DNA of 64,000 bases from Octopus vulgaris (GCA_951406725.2 OX597837.1:18600001-18664000); one strand, 5' to 3'. Positions 28,272 through 41,995 are shown, numbered from the stretch's first letter. Made by a program: numbers and translations. Notes: generated from the letters alone by a model not told the origin.

Positions 28272-28616
28272 ATATGTGTATATATGCATATATGTATATA
28301 TATAGGTGTGTGTGTGTATGTATGTGTGTATGTATATGTGTGCGTGTGTGTGTATATATATACATATGTGTATATGTATAAGTGAGAATCTCCTTATTTA
28401 CCTAAAACTCTATCCTTCTATATATTTTTCTATATATTTTTTATTCTTTTATTTTATTTATTCTTTTATTTATTCTTTTATCTATTTTACCACTGACTCC
28501 TTGACCACTCCCCCAAGTATGATATTTTTGCGCTATGCCCACCCCCAAAATGTCCCCCACCAACACCCCTTTAAACCTGCCTAAATGTATAAATGCCAAT
28601 ACAATTCTTGTTAACT

Positions 28617-28667
28617 AGCTTCCTGATGATTTCTCTTGAATGAAACAGTTCTAGTCCTGTAGAAGCT
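28617..28667 (+). ncRNA. Type I hammerhead ribozyme
   Basis: AGCTTC-CTGATGA-t-TTC-tctt-GAA-t-GAAA-CAG-ttctagtc-CTG-TA-GAAGCT. The core is intact, with a GUA cleavage triplet and a 6-bp stem I. Confidence 0.8.
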
Positions 28668-28678
28668 CCTTCTATATA

Positions 28679-28789
<111 letters not shown>

Positions 28790-28967
28790 CTTATCTATCT
28801 ACATATACATACAGGTGGCTAATTGCCAGAATCGTTAGAATGTCGGATAGAACGTCTTGCGGCATTCGTTCCAGCTCTCTGCACCCCGAGTTCTAATCCC
28901 GCCGAAGTTAGCTTTGAGTTTTATCCAGGGGCGATAAATAACGTAGCTGCCAGATCCCGAGGATGAA

Positions 28968-29044
<77 letters not shown>

Positions 29045-29262
29045 TCAAAGTTTTTTCTGCCTGGATTTGACTTGCAATTGAAAGGTCCAGCCATGTTTAG
29101 TTGGTGTCGCGCAGATTCGGCTTCTGAACTTTGTTATAGATATTATACTATCTACGAGTTAAATTCACGACTAAGAATTCAATTCGTTGAACGACTAATT
29201 GCTCATCGCCGACAGAAAATATTCCATCACAAACTCTCAGAAAAAGAAGTGCACGTCGCGCG

Positions 29263-29305
<43 letters not shown>

Positions 29306-30200
29306 ACACACTGCCTGACGCATGTTTCGTAAATGAGTAAAAGAAAAACAGAGAAAGAGAGTAGAAAATACAGAAGGATAAGGAAAACTATTATGAGGAA
29401 GGAAAGAAAGAGACATAAATGTACACCAAAGTATAAAAGAGTGTGTGTGTTGAGGAGGAGAGGTTAATAACAATCACCCTGGTGCCTAATTAAGCGTGTA
29501 CTTAAATTTTACCACACTTCGTAGCACGTGTATGCTGGATCGTAAGTGAGCCGGTGCCATCCTGTCACACACGTCAAACCAACATCATCAGCCAACTGCC
29601 ACAAATGACCACCATCATTGCTTGTCCACCATCAGCTATTCTGATTTCTGATTTCCCCCTTCAGACCAGTTTAGGTCAAACTGATCTGCACTGACACTTT
29701 GGTTAACTTTACTGACTGTGTTGTACACCTGGAGGAAGTTTACGTGATATCCACGCTTGCAAATCACCGCTTAGATACATTAAAGACCCTACTATCAAAA
29801 GTACCGGTGCCATTTTGATGTCAGTGTGACTTGAATCCTTTTAGAAGGAGAATCTTCAATTGACAAATAAATAAATAAATAAATAAATACCCGTGAAAAA
29901 CAAAATACAGAATTAAACGTTCGTTGCTTTTATCTGCTGGTTTTCAAGTTTGAATCCACTTCTATCAGCATTTCGTTCAATTGAACTTTTTGTTTTGTTA
30001 GCTTTTAAACACTCCGAAAAAAAATGTTTTAGTCTACTAATTGCAAAGATAACACTGGAGAACAATTAACGAAAACTTTTCTGTTACATGAGATTATTAT
30101 TTTTTTTTACTGATTCTGTCTTTTTTTGTGCTAAATGCAAATCTGTAATCGGTTTTGCTCTCTATGCTCCAGTTTTCTTGCAATTTCAAGATTAACTTCT

Positions 30201-30375
30201 TATATTCTTTTATTTGTTTCAGTCATTTGACTGTGGCCATGCTGGAGCACCGCCTTTAGTTGAAGAAATCATCCCCTGGCGGTCTCTCCTGCCGAACCGC
30301 TAAATTATGGGAACGTATACACACCAACATTGGTTGTCAATCGATGGAGGTGGGAGCAAACACAAACACAACCCC

Positions 30376-30438
<63 letters not shown>

Positions 30439-30638
30439 CATACACACACATACATACACACACACACACACACATATATATACGACGGGCTTCTTACAGT
30501 TTCTGTCTACCAAATCCACTCGCAAGGCTTTAGTCGACCTGAGGCTATGGAAGAAGACGTTTGCCCAAGGTGCCACGCAGCGGGACTGAACCCGGAACCA
30601 TGTGGTTGGAAAGCAAGCTTCTTACCACACAGCCACGC
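30201..30638 (-). mobile_element. SINE family A inserted in the Chapaev-like 5' region
   Basis: Reverse-complement family A copy flanked by a cttct direct repeat (30196-30200 and 30639-30643). Confidence 0.8.
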
Positions 30639-31585
30639 CTTCTAAAAGGACTCAAGTAACTAACATAGATATCAAGATGGCACAGGTACTTTTAATAGTA
30701 GGGTCTTTAATGTATCTATTTAAGCAACTGCGCGGTGATTTGCACATGTGGGTATCACGTAAAATTTGACATATTGAGTTACATATATCCTAGTTACAAG
30801 GAAGTGAGAACTGTTTTTTTTTTCAGATTTGATTATGGCGTCTTCAAGTAGACATAGATGTGTGACTAATCCTGATGGCTTCTGCTATGTCTGTGGCTCC
30901 TTCACACTTATTCGTCAAAGGTGCAATATCACATTATTTGTGAGACGTGCTTATAAAGCCTATTTTGAAATTCCCCCAGGCGACCAAGATAAAAAAATTG
31001 ACCTCTCGTGTTGTGTGTCGTTAAATTCACGACTAAGAATTCAATTCGTTGAACAACTAATTGCTCATCGTCGTGTTGTGCGTCGTAACAACTAATTGCT
31101 CATCGTCGTGTTGTGTGTCGTAACTGTGAGAAATGCTTTGTGACTGGACAAAACAAAATGAAAGAGCCGGCCGTTTAGAGCTTCTATGCTTTGGCGAGAG
31201 CCCAAGGACCAAGCAAGTGACCTCTATGTGTGGTCAACACAAAAGGCATCGGCAAGAAAAATAAGCGTGAAATATTCTATCCCAATATTCCTTCAACAAT
31301 TAGACCTATTATGCACTCTGAGACACTCCAGATTCTAGTTTTCCTTGGGTTTACCTCTTCAGAAGGCGAAGTTAGCGAACAAGAGATCAAGGATGGTAAC
31401 GAAGATCAAGAAGTTACATCAGAATTCCAAGACTTCTCTTGTGGTACCGAAAAATCAATTCCTCAACAGTTTAGCCAAACAGGACTGAATGATTAATGTG
31501 TGATTTGGGATTCTGCTGCAAGAAAAAAAAATTTACTTGACAAAACTACAAAAGATTCTTAATTTTGAAAACGAGACCAGATTTT

Positions 31586-31601
31586 AATAATAATAATAAT
31601 G

Positions 31602-31665
<64 letters not shown>

Positions 31666-31885
31666 AATTATTGTATATAGTGCTCAGGTGCACCACAACT
31701 TGTCAAAAGTGCGTATAAAGCATATGCATTAATGTACAAATATCTGTGAAGTGAACAGTGTATGAGTCAGATACATGCTTGCGTGTGTATGGAGGGGAGA
31801 AAATCAGGTGTAGTGTTGGCGAATCTCAGGAAGCATGGAAGTTTTGAAGGATGCAGTGCTCCGACAACTAACAACTGATGCCGGC
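31586..31885 (-). mobile_element. CR1-like LINE 3' end with (TTA)n tail, inserted in the transposase
   Basis: Minus strand PASVVSCRSTASFKTSMLPEIRQHYT*, then UTR and (TTA)n. TSD atttt. Removing it restores RDQIFVSYFSEEKHFVYCHDI. Confidence 0.75.
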
Positions 31886-32654
31886 ATTTTTGTGTCATAT
31901 TTTTCAGAAGAGAAACACTTTGTTTACTGCCACGACATTTCCGGTCTTCTCCGGGAATTAGGAATCCCCGCGTACAGTTCAACTAAATAGTTCTAAGCGC
32001 AGCCTAAAGTGTATTATCCTACATAATTGCAATGTTTATGGAGCTGCCCCTGTTGGTTTACTCAGTGCGTTTGCAAGAAGCATACAATGGCATAAAAATG
32101 GTTATTGACCAAGTGAAAACCGGACCATTTATGTATATTTGAAAATGGTCAGTTTCTTCCTCGGACAACAGAAAGGTTTCACAAAGTATCCTTGCTATCT
32201 CCGCATTTGGGAGATCCGAGCTCGAGAAAAAATTTGGACTCAGAAGTGAGACTCTGGAAGTCGCATGCCAAGAAAAGAATATTTTCCCACCATTCCGTAT
32301 AAAGCTGGGTTTGATAAAGCAATTCACTGCGACATTGAATACTGATAGTGAATGTTTTCAACACATAGCCTCTGCATTTCCTGGTTTGTCATTCGAGAAG
32401 ACCAAAGCAGGCGTGTTTCACGGGCCTCAGATTTGTGCACTTGCACGTGATGAGGAATTTGTCGGAAAGATGAATGACAAGGAAAGAACAGCTGGCTGAC
32501 ATTCGTAGCAGTCATAAAAAATTTTCTCGGAGACAGAAAAGCAGATGACTATGAAATTCTTGTAAATAATGTTTTCGGCTTTCCATGATCTTGGGTGTAA
32601 CTCGAACGTTAAACTCTATTTCATGCATAGTCACCTCGATTAATTCCCTGAAAA

Positions 32655-32910
32655 TCATATGACACCGCCAGAAAATGGTGTTGACAAAATACAGCAGATA
32701 TTGTATTCACCTCAATAGACGTCATTGATTGGTTGAAATTGCCGAAATGCAAGAAATTAAACAACAAATAGCTTACAAACTACAGAATTTTCTCAAGAAA
32801 GCCAAGAGAAAAATATGTTTTATGTAACACACTAACAGTATACGAAGTTTAAAAGTGTTTAGTTACAAAGAAATTATTTTAAAAATCTGCCGGTCAAAGT
32901 GAAAAGATCC
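32655..32910. mobile_element. Diverged partial GG-TIR MITE
   Basis: cacctcaatagacgtcattgattggttgaaatt...ctgccggtcaaagtgaaaagatcc. Confidence 0.65.
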
Positions 32911-33172
32911 CACGATTTTAGGTTGTAATGCGGAGTTCATTTGTGAAAAGAGTGCAGCTCAGATGCTAAACCTAGTGAGAATCTATTATGATTAACTGGA
33001 ATGAGGTCTTCATGCTACATGGATTATCTCATAACACGTGTGTTTGAAAATGGAAAATAACGAAAAGTGTGAAGTGTTTTGTTCAGGACAACAACGCGCC
33101 ACCTGGGTCTGGGAATCGAACCCACGATCTAGCAATCGTGAGTGCAATACCCTAATCACTAGGTTACGGGCC

Positions 33173-33228
<56 letters not shown>

Positions 33229-33253
33229 TGTATACATATACTTACATATATAT

Positions 33254-33490
33254 AGGCGCAGGAGTGGCTGTATAGTAAGAAGCTTGTTTCCCTACGACAT
33301 GGTTCCCGGTTCAGTCCCACTGTGTCTTCTATTATAGTCCCAGGACAACTAAAACCTTGTGAATGGATTTGGTAGAGGGAAACTGAACGAAACCCCTTGT
33401 GATCCCCGTACTTTAGTGATTTAGCAAAAAGAGGACAATAGAATAAGGTGTGCCATCATGACCGTCGTCTACTTACTGAAACAAGAAAAA
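33254..33490 (+). mobile_element. SINE family A, deleted copy
   Basis: ggcgcaggagtggctgtatagtaagaagcttg...ggatttggtagagggaaactga. Confidence 0.7.
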
Positions 33491-33504
33491 GATTAAATAT
33501 ATGA

Positions 33505-33599
<95 letters not shown>

Positions 33600-34502
33600 A
33601 GCATATACATAAACACACTCCCAGACAAATCACACACACAGGCACAATTTCTCTTAATGCTCTTCTGCCCGCATTATTCAACTTCTATCAGATGTTACCA
33701 TCATAGCCACTTCCCTTTCTCTTCTCTTTCACGTTATTTGAACGTCATGCAATATCTAAAATTTGATAAACACCTTTATTACTACACTTCTTCTTTCTAT
33801 CTTCATTTTTGTGTTTTTGTGTTTTTTTGTGTATTTTTTTCTTATTGTTGTACAATCCTCCTTCGCCTCCCGCTCCTCCCTTTTCACATTTCTCTTCGTT
33901 TTCGTTACTAGCGCCATTACTGCAGCCGCTACCGTCGTTACAATCTCTGCCGCCGCTACCACCGCCGTCGCTGCCGCCGCTACCGCCGCTACCGCCGCTA
34001 CCACCTCTGCCACCACCACTACTGTCATCGTCATCATCGTCGTCGTCGTCGTCGTCCTCCTCCTCCTCCCCCTTCTCCTCCTCCCTAATTATCATCATTA
34101 TTATCGTCGTCATCGTCGTCGTCCTTGTTTTTCTCCGCCGTCGCCATTGTTGTCTTCATTTCTCTTCGTTTCATTTGCCATCGCAAGGCATTTGTGCATG
34201 TATGTGTTTATATATGCAGTATTTGGGATCAGTGCATGCGCAGATTTGTATGTTTTGTTTTATGTATGTATTCTCATGCTTATAGTTGTCTAAACATGTG
34301 CATATATATTTAAATGTTAAACATCTGGAAAATTTTACAAATTTTTTCAGTTCCAGTGATGGATTGCATCTGTATTCCATCACTGAACTGTAGATAAATG
34401 CATATGTATTTATGTATGTATGTATGTATGTATGTATGTATGTATGTATGTATGTATGTATGTATGTATGTATGTATGTATGCATGCCTGCATGTATGTA
34501 TG

Positions 34503-35556
34503 TGTAGTAAAAACGACCGTACGTAAAGGAGTTGGTGACAGAAATGTCTCCTTTTAAACGTCGCACGGTCGTCCCACAAAAGAAGAAGCCAAATACATGG
34601 TATAAAGAATAAGTGCCAAAATGAATGATGAGGACGACAACCGTTCTGCTGTCTGAGAGAAGAAAGACTTTACAGATGTGTACAATAAGAGCGTGTACGG
34701 GTGCTAGCAAAGTGGAGTGTCTGTGTCCATGCGACAAGTGTGTCTGTGTGTCCGTTGTAAGTATGACAACAGTGCGTGCAACAAGTGTTTGTGTCTGTGT
34801 GTTCGTGTGTGTGACAGAAGTACAAATAAGGTGTATGCATGTGAGACAGAATGCAATACAGAGCATAGAATGAGTCTCTCAGGATATTTCAGACAAGATG
34901 TGTTAATTTACCAGTTCGTAGTAAGGTTACACAATAGTTGAAATCCTGAACAAGGAGTTGAGGTCACGAGGCAATACCGGTTACTACACGTGCAGAAGTT
35001 GTGGTTATTATGCCGTGCTGGGTTACTTGATGCAGGAATCTCGCAAGCTGAGTGAGCTGTTCACCTTAGTGAATATTCACAACAGCGTGGAGTTTAAACC
35101 TGAGCGAGTTGCTGTGTACGTATCGTTGAAGTCGACGGTGGAGAACGTCCTGCGTTGCTGGTGTATGTTAGCGTCGTCGTTGACTAGAGCAGGAACATGG
35201 TTGGAACTGGCTGGTCTGGTTGTCGCTGGAACATGGCTGAATAGCTCTGTGGTCAGAGGTTAGTCCTGAGAAGGACTAGAACCTAAGACAAATAATAGTC
35301 TGTCGATCTAACCTTTTTAAAGGGTTTAGGTGGCTCAAATTGGATTGTGAACAAGCTGTCTCACATGATCTTGTTGGAAGGTTGTGATTGGTTGGTTTAT
35401 ACATTGGCGCGAAATAAGTCAAGAGACAAACTGCGCTAATGCTAACCAATCAGAGCAGTGGACACAACAGGGTCCAAATAGCCGAATATAGTTGCTATCT
35501 AACACGAGATCATTTCTAATATATCTCTCAAACAGTGAGGATATTACCACGCAACA
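34503..35556 (-). mobile_element. Probable solo LTR
   Basis: About 1.05 kb of unique sequence bounded by TGT...ACA with a tatg 4-bp flanking repeat inside a (TATG)n tract. On the minus strand, CCAAT boxes (35385-35410) precede a TATA-like TTTAAAAAG. Confidence 0.5.
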
Positions 35557-35656
35557 TATGTATGTATGTATGTATGTATGAATACATGCATGCCTGTATG
35601 TATGTATGTATGCATGTATGTATGTATGTATGTATGCATGCATGTAGACATGCATG

Positions 35657-35714
<58 letters not shown>

Positions 35715-35719
35715 CACAC

Positions 35720-35830
35720 AACGGCTTTTTCCAGTTTCCGTCTACCAAATATACTTTCAAAACTTTGGTCTTACAGTGGGACTGAACCCAAGACCACATG
35801 GTTGAGAAGCAAGCTTCTAACCACACGGCC
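35720..35830 (-). mobile_element. SINE family A 5' part
   Basis: cagtttccgtctaccaaat...gggactgaacccaagaccacatggttgagaagcaagctt. Confidence 0.7.
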
Positions 35831-37054
35831 ATCCCTTTCTTTTACAATCACTTATCATTTGCCGCTAGGTTTTGGTGTTCTTTCTTCAAAAAAAAAAAAA
35901 ATAGTTCCTTCCCGAGTCATACAGACTTATAAAAGCTGGTGTCCCGGTTTCTGTGGCGTATATATCTCCTTCTGAATGGGACGCCGGTTTGTCGTAGGAT
36001 TATTCATCTCTGTCTGGAGCCACGTGAAATGAAATGCTTTGCTCTATAACATAACAGATCGCCCGGTCGGGAAATCAAAATCACAATCTTACGATTAGGA
36101 GTTCAGCAACCCTAATCACTAAGCCATACATTCTCCTATCTTCAAACTAAACGGGAAATTCAATTGATTTAAATTTTCATTCAATTATATTCATTTTTGT
36201 CTGCGGTATTCTCTACTAATGTAGAAGAAGAACTTAATACAAATTAAGTTAAAACCTAATGGTTTTAACTTAATTTGTATTTCATTCTGAATATAATCCG
36301 ACGTCGAAATCACTGCTCCAAGTGTTGAGTTTCTAACAGACATCTGGCATGTCATATTACGACATTCCATCTTACTGTTTTCATTAACTGTATAACATGA
36401 ACACCTTCTCTATTAATGTAGCAAAATAAATTATGTTCCAGCACATAAGAAAACCTTGTTACAAGCTAATAAAGTTTTTAAATGTTTTTTCCTATCGTGT
36501 TACGTCGTTTTTCGAGTTTAGTCGTATGTATTAGAACTAGTAACCGACGTAAGTTGAAGTTTACTTGTATTTTGTTTGATGCTTTCACCATTTTGCCAGG
36601 CGACATAATATAAACGTTAACGGTTTGCATGTTTGTATGTATTATATGTATGTATGTATGCGTTTGTATTATATGTATTACATGTATATATGAGCGTGCG
36701 TTTGTATATATAACAGTGTGTGCAAGTTGTGTAGGTATGTTGCTTGTGTATTTGTGTGTTAGAATATATATATGAGCATGTGTGTAAGCGTGTGAGTGCG
36801 TGAGCATATACAAATATGTGTGTGTATGTCGTTGTTTATGTGTGTTTCAGCGTGTCTTTATGTGACACAGTATATAAGTGTGTGTAAGTGCATGTTTGCG
36901 TACACATGGATGTGTACATATGTGTATGTGTGCCTGTGTTTGCATGAGCGCATGAGTACACGAGTGCGCATACATCTATCAGTTAAGATCAGAAACCATG
37001 AGAGTCAGTGCCTGGTATTGCATCAGGACACGTCTTCTTCTTCTTCTTCTTCTT

Positions 37055-37085
<31 letters not shown>

Positions 37086-37133
37086 ATGATGATGATGATG
37101 ATGATAATAATAATGATAATAATAATAATAATA

Positions 37134-37574
37134 GACACACAGATAGAGAAATTAAGGCCAACAGACCAGATATAGTTGTCAGAGACCACGAAGAAAAAAA
37201 ATGCTTTCTAATTGATGTATCAATACCGGCTGATGACAACGTGTCTCTAAAAGAAATGGAGAAACTCTCAAAATACAAAGACCTGGAAATAGAGGTAACT
37301 AGAATGTGGAATCTGAAAACAGAAACAATTCCTATCATAGTAGGTGCATTAGGCATGATAAAAAAATATTCAGACAAATACATAACAAAAACACCAGGAC
37401 TTACAAACACATATAACATACAGAAAATTGCACTACTAGGCACTGCACACATCTTACGCAGAACACTTTCCATACAATAACCATCAGAGCATCACAACAA
37501 ATCACAGCACATACCCAAGGCACACAGAGCTGCGCTCGGTAGTGAAGTGAAAGCACGCTATAAAAATAAAACTA

Positions 37575-37578
<4 letters not shown>
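37134..37578 (+). mobile_element. 5'-truncated Dong/R4-type element (endonuclease domain plus 3' UTR)
   Basis: Uninterrupted HTDREIKANRPDIVVRD..CFLIDVSIP..EKLSKYKDL..PIIVGALG..TAHILRRTLSIQ* (PD..D motif). (TAA)n on both sides. Confidence 0.9.
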
Positions 37579-37615
<37 letters not shown>

Positions 37616-38416
37616 ATTAACAAATTTTTCACTTTCTCACAGATGCGGTACATTATATACCGCAGAATAGATCGTGTGTGTATGTGTGTGCATGTGTATG
37701 TGTTTGTGTATGTTTGTGTATATGTGTGTGAATATATTTATGAATGTATGCCTGTGTGTGTGTGTTTTCTTATATATGTGGATGTATAAGCTGGTGTTCC
37801 TTTGTGTGCATGTTACACGGATATATGTGGTTTTTTGCCTGAGTGCTTCCATGTGTGGCTGCATGCTTATGTTTCTGATAGATGCGTTACTTTATATATT
37901 GCAGAATAGATCGTGGGCGTATGTGTGCATGTTTTTGGTGTGTGTGTGTGTCTAAAAAACAGCGTAAAGAGTAAAGAAAAAGTTTTCTTGAACCGCTTCA
38001 AATTCAATTAGTCACTCGTCAGTTTTGAAAGGATCTATCTTGAATTCCAATTAGAACGTTGTTGTTGTTGAGCACTCGGTCGTCAGCTCTGACTGGGTAG
38101 AGTTATTATCAGAGACATTCCAAAAGTGAACGTACCATCCTTTTGAACATCTTCAGGATTGCGATAAGACGGGAGTTACCTCAGGATTTTCTGCGTTGGC
38201 AGGAGTATTACAAAACCAATGAAAGACAAGAATACGTATTATACCGAGAAGAAGGACAATTTTCCGAAACGTTAGATTTCTTTCCTTCTACCGCAAAGTT
38301 TAACCTGAACTATACATCTCTCCTCTCTCTCTATTTCTCTCTCTGCTTTTCTCTCTGTATGTATGTATGTATGTATGTATGTATGTATGTATGTATGTAT
38401 ATTTATAGGCGTATTT

Positions 38417-38497
<81 letters not shown>

Positions 38498-38533
38498 TAT
38501 ATGTGTATATATATATATGTATATATCTATATC

Positions 38534-38573
<40 letters not shown>

Positions 38574-38598
38574 TATATGTGTATATATATATATGTAT

Positions 38599-38658
<60 letters not shown>

Positions 38659-38661
<3 letters not shown>

Positions 38662-38858
38662 CGCAGGAGTGACCATAGGCGCAGGAGTGGCCATAGGAGC
38701 AAGGAGTGGATGTGTGGTAAGTAGCTTGCGTACCAACCACATGGTTCCAGGTTCAGTCCCACTGCGTGGCACCTTGGGAAAACGTATTCTACTATAGCCA
38801 CGGGCCGACCAAAGCCTTGTGAGTGGATTTGGTAGACAGAAACTGAAAGAAGCCCGTC
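38659..38858 (+). mobile_element. SINE family A 5' half with triplicated head
   Basis: Three tandem ataggcgcaggagtg-like units precede the usual SINE body. Confidence 0.75.
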
Positions 38859-38859
38859 A

Positions 38860-39037
38860 CCATGATAGATCGCTAGCCACTACACATTCTTTATTTTCTC
38901 TCTTTGTTTCTTTCTGTGAAAGAGCGAAGGCTCGAAACGTTAATGGCTTTTTCACTTCCCGAGCGTTATGCTAATGCATTTGTTTGTTGTCTACACCACT
39001 TGTCTTCGTCCTTTGTTTTTTTGTGAATTCTCCCTAT
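38860..39037 (+). mobile_element. ~200-bp non-coding element with hammerhead-like motif
   Basis: ccatgatagatcgctagcc...ctgtgaaagagcgaaggctcgaaacgtt...gtgaattctccctat. Homologs at about 3560-3690 (+), 48660-48900 (+) and 55101-55291 (-). Confidence 0.65.
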
Positions 39038-39041
39038 GCAC

Positions 39042-39162
<121 letters not shown>

Positions 39163-39164
39163 TG

Positions 39165-40069
39165 TATGTTTGAAGCCGATCCATCGACATCCGTAACAAC
39201 TCTTGCAAAGAAACGCAATGTGTCCCTTTCCACAGTGTCCAGAGCTGTGAACAAGAACCTTGGCAGGACTAGCTATGTTAGACGCCGCCGTCACCTTCTA
39301 ACAGCCAAGGCCAAAAGCAATCAGAGCTGAGGATATGCCCAAAGCTCCTGTTTTTCATCAAGCAACAAGGTGTAGGAAAAACTGTTGTGTTTGTGGACAA
39401 GAAAAGTTCACTATGGACGCTGAAGTGAAGCACAGAAATTCTCAAGTAATTGCATACAACCCTTCTGACGTCCTCACTGTGTTTTAATCCTGCCTCTCTG
39501 TTGGTATTTGGAGCCGTGGCGAGTGAAGGAAGTGTCATTGAGTCTGGCTTGAAGATTGGCACAAAGGAGTATCTGAACATCCTGAAGAACTCTGTTACCT
39601 TCAATAGAGCAGAAGTTTGGGTTTGACAATGTGGTGCTTATCCAGGATTCTGCACTATGCCATGGGTCAAAAGTGACACAGGCCTTCTTTGGTGAAAAGG
39701 TACTATTTTTTGTGTGGGCTAACATCTGGCCCAGGAATAGCCCAGAATTCAACTTTCTCGATTACTTTTTATGGGGTGCACTTCAAGCAAGGACTGATGC
39801 TTCACAACACTCGAGTGTCAACAGTTTGAGTCCCTGCATTGTGTCTGCGACACGTAAAATCAAAAGAGCGGAGGTTAAGGCAGCTGCAAAAAAATTTCGT
39901 TCTTGTGTGGAGGCAGTAATTGCCCAAAAGGGTAGCCATGTTGAGTGATAAATGGTTTTGTTGTAATAAATGTTACATTAAACTTATATCTGTCTACTAC
40001 CATTATTTTAGTATTCATAACCAGTTTTATGCATCGTAAAAATTGTTTCAGTTTATCTGCAAGACCCTG
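39165..40069 (+). mobile_element. Tc1/mariner DD37D (maT-like) transposase remnant with right TIR
   Basis: HTH-like LAKKRNVSLSTVSRAV. In QDSALCH...WPRNSPEFNFLDY, 37 residues lie between the 2nd and 3rd Asp. Ends gaccctg|TA. Confidence 0.8.
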
Positions 40070-40715
40070 TACGTGCGCGCGCGCGCGTGTATTCTCTCAG
40101 CCCGACCTTTAAACTTGTCTTTTTCCTTCTCATTGCAAAAACATACCTTCCAATATATTTTTAGATGCTACTAAAAATACGAAAACCGTCACGGCTTAAA
40201 TGATTTTTATCATGGATCTAGTCCCAGGGCTGAACTGGAACACCTCCCACAACTACCATTTCTACTATTTCTTCTCTCTACCTTAAAGTCATCTGCAATC
40301 TCCGCCCTTCCGGACTTACATAATTACATACTCTTTCCACTCATGCTTCGACACTCCTCATTTTTCCGTCACCCTAATCATACTGACGGGTATTAAATAA
40401 TTTGTTCGTCTAAACTTCCCTATTCAAGACAGTAACTCAATGTAAGTTCAGACTCACATGTCTTCCTACGAACGTTGGTATTTTCTATCGTTTTATCAAT
40501 GGAGGAAGATCAGCATCCAGGATTCTTTATTGTTTGAAAGTTTCATGGACAAGTTGTAGAAAGAAAGATATTCCTCCCGAAAGGATTACACGACTGTGTG
40601 CGACCAAGAACTCAAACACAAAGACCCAGAACAAACAATATAAGATATTTAAGATATTTAGTCTGACCCTCTGTCAATTCTTCCAATCAACGGTTGGAAG
40701 AATAAACTGACTTCG

Positions 40716-40830
40716 CCGAAAATCCGACTCGGCCAAAAGTCCTCTCAGACCGAAAGTCCGATCTGGCCGAAAGTCCGATCTGGCCGAAAGTTCGATTTGG
40801 ACGCAAAGTCCAATTTGGGCCGAAAGTTCG
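40716..40830. repeat. 17-bp GC-rich minisatellite (~6.5 units)
   Basis: Consensus CCGAAAGTCCGATCTGG in tandem with no spacers. Confidence 0.85.
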
Positions 40831-41239
40831 TGTTCTTCAATATTTCTTTCCGAGCATTTCAATTCACAAACTCCATGGAACTTCGAAATCTCACGAACAC
40901 GAAACCTCTCACTCTAACTTGGATCTAGTTTTAAATGAACTGAATTGAAAATAGTTTTCAAATTCACAAAGTTTTGGTATTACTTTAAATTCAGTTTAAA
41001 TGAAAAACTTGTAACTTCACAAATTTTTGGAGTTCTTTTGAAATTTGAATTTTCAACTGTTAGCATACAACAAATTCTCATCCAGATCTGATCCCAATGC
41101 TGGATGTTCAAGAACCAAATGAAGGGCAGATTTTCAATTCAGGAATCATCTTGCTTCTAAAAATATATAATATATCTATGTAGAGCAAATGTAGACTGGA
41201 TACAGGAGCACTGGCCGGAGGGACAGAATTTCGCGTTTA

Positions 41240-41480
41240 TTATGTGTGTGTGTGTGTGTGTGTGTGTGTATGCATGTCTGTGTCTGTGTTTGTCCCCACT
41301 ACTGCTTGACAACTTGTGTTGGTGTGTTTACGTCCCCATAACCTAGTAGTTCGGTAAAAGATACTGATAGAATAAGTAACAGGCTTAAAAAATTTGGGGG
41401 TCGATTTATTCGACTAAAAGTTCTTCAAGGCGGCGCTCGAGCATGGCCGCTGTCTAATGACTGAAACAAGTAAAAGATAG
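41240..41480 (+). mobile_element. SINE family A 3' half
   Basis: gtgtttgtccccact...ggtgtgtttacgtccc...gcatggccgctgtctaatgactgaaacaag. Confidence 0.7.
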
Positions 41481-41831
41481 AAGATAGTTATACACATACG
41501 AACACATGTAAATGTATAAGAGGATGTAAAGAAACTCTTTTGAACTCAATGATTACGTGCATGCGCGTGCGCGCATGTGTGACTGTGTCCACAGATATGT
41601 GTTCTATCTATGCATGTACGAAGCCATTTACACGCGCCCACGCATATACACATAGGGTCACGCACGCACACATTCATACGTGTGTAAATGTAGGGGTATC
41701 AGTTCATGATAACGTGAGACTTCGTATCATATAATCGCTATATGTTTGCACATCTTCATGTATATATGTATGTATGTACTTTGTACATACATATTTGCAT
41801 ACACACATACACAATACATATATGTATACAT

Positions 41832-41887
<56 letters not shown>

Positions 41888-41889
<2 letters not shown>

Positions 41890-41947
41890 CATTTATAACC
41901 ATTTTATATATTATATACAGAAGCACAAACTAAACACACACCTATAT

Positions 41948-41995
<48 letters not shown>

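Larger units (their letters stand above)
30053..32650 (+). mobile_element. Chapaev3-like (CMC) DNA transposon, degraded, with nested insertions
   Basis: TAA|CACTGG left end. Transposase pieces CVTNPDGFCYVCG..AYKAYFEIPPGDQDK, WREPKD, YPNIPSTIRPIMH, FVYCHDI, IKLGLIKQF, KTKAGVFHGPQI and MHSHLD. No right TIR seen. Confidence 0.75.

Noticed and set aside
33745-34293. Poly-Pro, Gly, Ala or Asp low-complexity protein exon
   Set aside because: Compound trinucleotide microsatellite with no domain or convincing splice signals.
40716-40830. Possible CRISPR array
   Set aside because: Units are directly tandem with no unique spacers, there are no cas genes, and the context is eukaryotic.
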